64,000 nt of DNA from Scyliorhinus canicula (lineage: Eukaryota): contig NW_024055720.1 of the NCBI RefSeq assembly GCF_902713615.1, forward strand, positions 62,001-126,000, in the 5' to 3' direction. The position numbers and the translations under genes were made by a program. A model generated the notes under the pieces. The model was given only the letters and a program-made list of their open reading frames with translations. It searched no databases and was not told where the DNA came from. Of this stretch, positions 61,496 to 64,000 are shown piece by piece (the stretch's first letter is position 1; every line of letters begins with the position of its first letter).

Positions 61496-61899
61496 CCACA
61501 GTGATTTGATTTTGCTGTTACATTCAGGACTGAACCATGTTCATTTGGGTCTCTTTCTGCTGATAACAAACTCCAGCCCATTTACAGGGGCTAATATACT
61601 GGCTAAAAGTCAAATAAATTAGATTTGTTTTAAATACGCAGTGTGTTGAACCTTTTTAATATCTCTGACACAAGTCTGTCCCTTTTGAAGTACTCTCGCT
61701 CTCCCCTGTCTCTTCCATCCTCACCTCCAACAAGAAGTGTGAGGAGCTTGTGGAGCTTCTTTGTGACTGAGATTGAGTCAATCCGATCAGCTGCCTCTGC
61801 TGCTTCCCTCCCTTCCATGAGCCTCTAATTTTCCTCATTGAGTGGTGAACCCTGAGGGTGAGGGGTCTGTTAACATTTTGTTAACTGTGTCCAAGATGG

Positions 61900-63695
61900 T
61901 TTTTTTGGAACGATACGTGGATAGTCCGACTAGATAGGGGTCTATATGGACCTAATACGAGGGAACGAGCCCGGCCATGTTATCAAAGTTGTAGTAGGCG
62001 AACATGTGGCGAACAGTGACCACAATTCCGTAAGCTTTGGCATATTCATGGAAAAGGACGAGTGTTGTCCTCGGGTTAAGGTGCTAAATTGGGATAAGCC
62101 TAACTACAACCAGATTCGGCCGGATTTAGAGTCTGTTGTTTGGGAGAGGCTGTTTGAGGGTAAATCCACATTTGATATGTGGGAATCTCTTAAGCAGCAG
62201 TTGATGGGAGTGCAGGACAGGCATGTGCCGGTAAAAGGAAGGACAGGGAAGGCAGGATTCGGGAACCATGGATGACCAGGGAAATTGAGAATCTGGTCAA
62301 AATGAAAAGGATGCATATGTGACGTAAAGGTAACTAAAAACAGATGAAGCACTTGAGGAATACAAGGAAAGTAGAAAAGAGCTCAAGCTGGGAGTTAGGT
62401 GGGCAAAAAGGGGTCACAAAGTGTCCTTGGCAGATAGGATTAAGGAGAATCCCAAGGCATTTTATATTAGGAACAAGAGGGTAGCTGGAGAAAGAGTTGG
62501 TCCACTCCAGGACAAAGGAGGGAAATTATGTGTTGAACCAGATGAAGTAGTTGAAGTCCTTAATGAGTATTTTGCATCGGTATTCACAATGGAGAGGGAC
62601 ACGTTGATTGGTGGTGTCTCAGAGGGATGTGCAAACACTTTAGAACAAGTCATTATTTCGAGGGAGGAAGTGTTTGTTGAAAAGCATTAAGGTAGACAAA
62701 TCCCCATGGCCAGGTGGCATCTATCCCAGATTACTGAGGGAGACAAGAGAGGACATAGCTGGACCTCTAACATAAATCTTTGTGTCCTTATTGGCCACAG
62801 ATGAGATCCCAGATGATTGGAGGATAGCCAATGTTGTTATTTAAGAAGGGTTGCAAGGATAATGTGGGTAATTATAGCCAGTGAGGTTGACGTCAGTGAT
62901 AGTAAAATTGTTGGAAAAGATTCTCAGGGATAGGATCTGTGCACATTTGGAAGTGAATGGTCTTATTAGTGACAGACAGCATGGTTTTGTGCAAGGGAGG
63001 TCATGTCTCACTTACTTGATTGAATTTTTTGAGGAGGTGACAAAATGATTGACATGGGAAGGGCTGTGGATGTCCACATGGACTTTAGTAAAGCATTTGA
63101 TAAGGTCCCTCACGGCAGGCTGGTGCAAAAGATTAGATCAAATGGGGTCAGGGGTGAACTAGCTGGATGGATCCAGAACTCGCTTAGCCATAGAAGACAG
63201 CGGGTAGCAGTGAAAGGGTGCTTTTCCAAATGGAGGTCAGTAACTAGTGGTGTTCTGCAGGGATCAGTTCTGGGACCTCTGCTCTTTGTAATATATATAA
63301 ATGATTTGGTAAAAAACGTAGCGGGTCTGATTAGCAAGTTTGCGGATGGTACTAAGATTGCAGGAGTTGTGGATAGTGATGAAGATTGTCAGAGAATACA
63401 ACAGGATATAGATAGGCTCCAGAATTGGGCAGTGAAATGGCAGATGGAATTTAACCCAGACAAATGCGAGGTGATGCATTTTGGTTGATCCATTTCAGGT
63501 AGGAGCTATAAAATAAATGGCAGAACCATCAGGAGCATAGATACACAGAGAGATCTGGGTGTATAGGACCACAGATCCTTAAAAGTGACAGCACAGGTGG
63601 AAACGGTGGTAAAGAAAGCATATGGCATGCTTGCCTTCATAGGATGGGTATAGAATATAAAAGCTTGGAAATTATGTTACAGTTATATAGAACTG
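61900..63695 (+). mobile_element. CR1 LINE ORF2, frameshifted and 3'-truncated
   Basis: Successive ORFs 61946-62275, 62421-62690 and 63045-63488 (DFSKAFDKVPHGRL...GVLQGSVLGPLLFVIYIND...KFADGTK). Confidence 0.93.
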
Positions 63696-63699
63696 TCAT

Positions 63700-64000
63700 C
63701 CACACACCAAACACGTGTGTGGTTTCTCCCCGCTGTAAATGGTGTGATGGTTTTTCAGGCTGTGTAACTGGTTAAAGCTCTGTCCACAGTCAGTTCACTG
63801 GAACACTCTGACTCGAGGAGTCTGTGTCTCGGTGCTTTTCCAGTCACACTTATGTCTGAAATCTTTTCCCACAAACAGTACAAAGAAACATTTCTCCTTC
63901 CACATTCAAAGGCCGATGATATTCAGATTCTAAAAAATTGAGTGACTGTCAGATTTCGATATTTGGTTTCAGTTTTCTGTCGGCCAAACCTCCACTTCCA
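63700..64000 (-). pseudogene. Truncated ZNF gene relic
   Basis: Same module as above, reading into GEKPHTCLVCG and then fused to a CR1 fragment at about 63695. Confidence 0.65.

Noticed and set aside
61498-61504. Perfect heptamer CACAGTG right after the ZNF stop codon
   Set aside because: No nonamer at 12 or 23 bp; expected by chance.

Overview
Cartilaginous-fish (shark, probably catshark-like from the SINE repertoire) genomic DNA. It holds one complete, unrearranged and apparently functional IgM heavy-chain 'cluster' minilocus on the + strand: leader (26179-26224), VH (26353-26657) with RSS-23, D1 (12/22), D2 (12/12), JH with RSS-23 (27873-27920), Cmu1-Cmu4 plus secretory tail (43266-47467), and TM1/TM2 (50794-51071). 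The 15.3 kb J-Cmu intron is inflated by about 10 kb of strand-asymmetric CA-rich tandem arrays with nested duplications. It also has a duplicated candidate enhancer module carrying an orphan RSS/J-like motif, a G-rich block and an AGCT-rich 29-bp repeat. Downstream is a C2H2 zinc-finger neighbourhood: one intact 12-finger gene at 60386-61495, several minus-strand relics, two CpG promoters, and a 39-bp minisatellite derived from a CR1 3' end. The first 25 kb is TE-dense (CR1/L2 LINE fragments, V-SINE/HE1, Deu-type SINEs, a solo LTR) and contains an old 5-6 kb tandem segmental duplication. All calls are by eye; TE and repeat boundaries are approximate.
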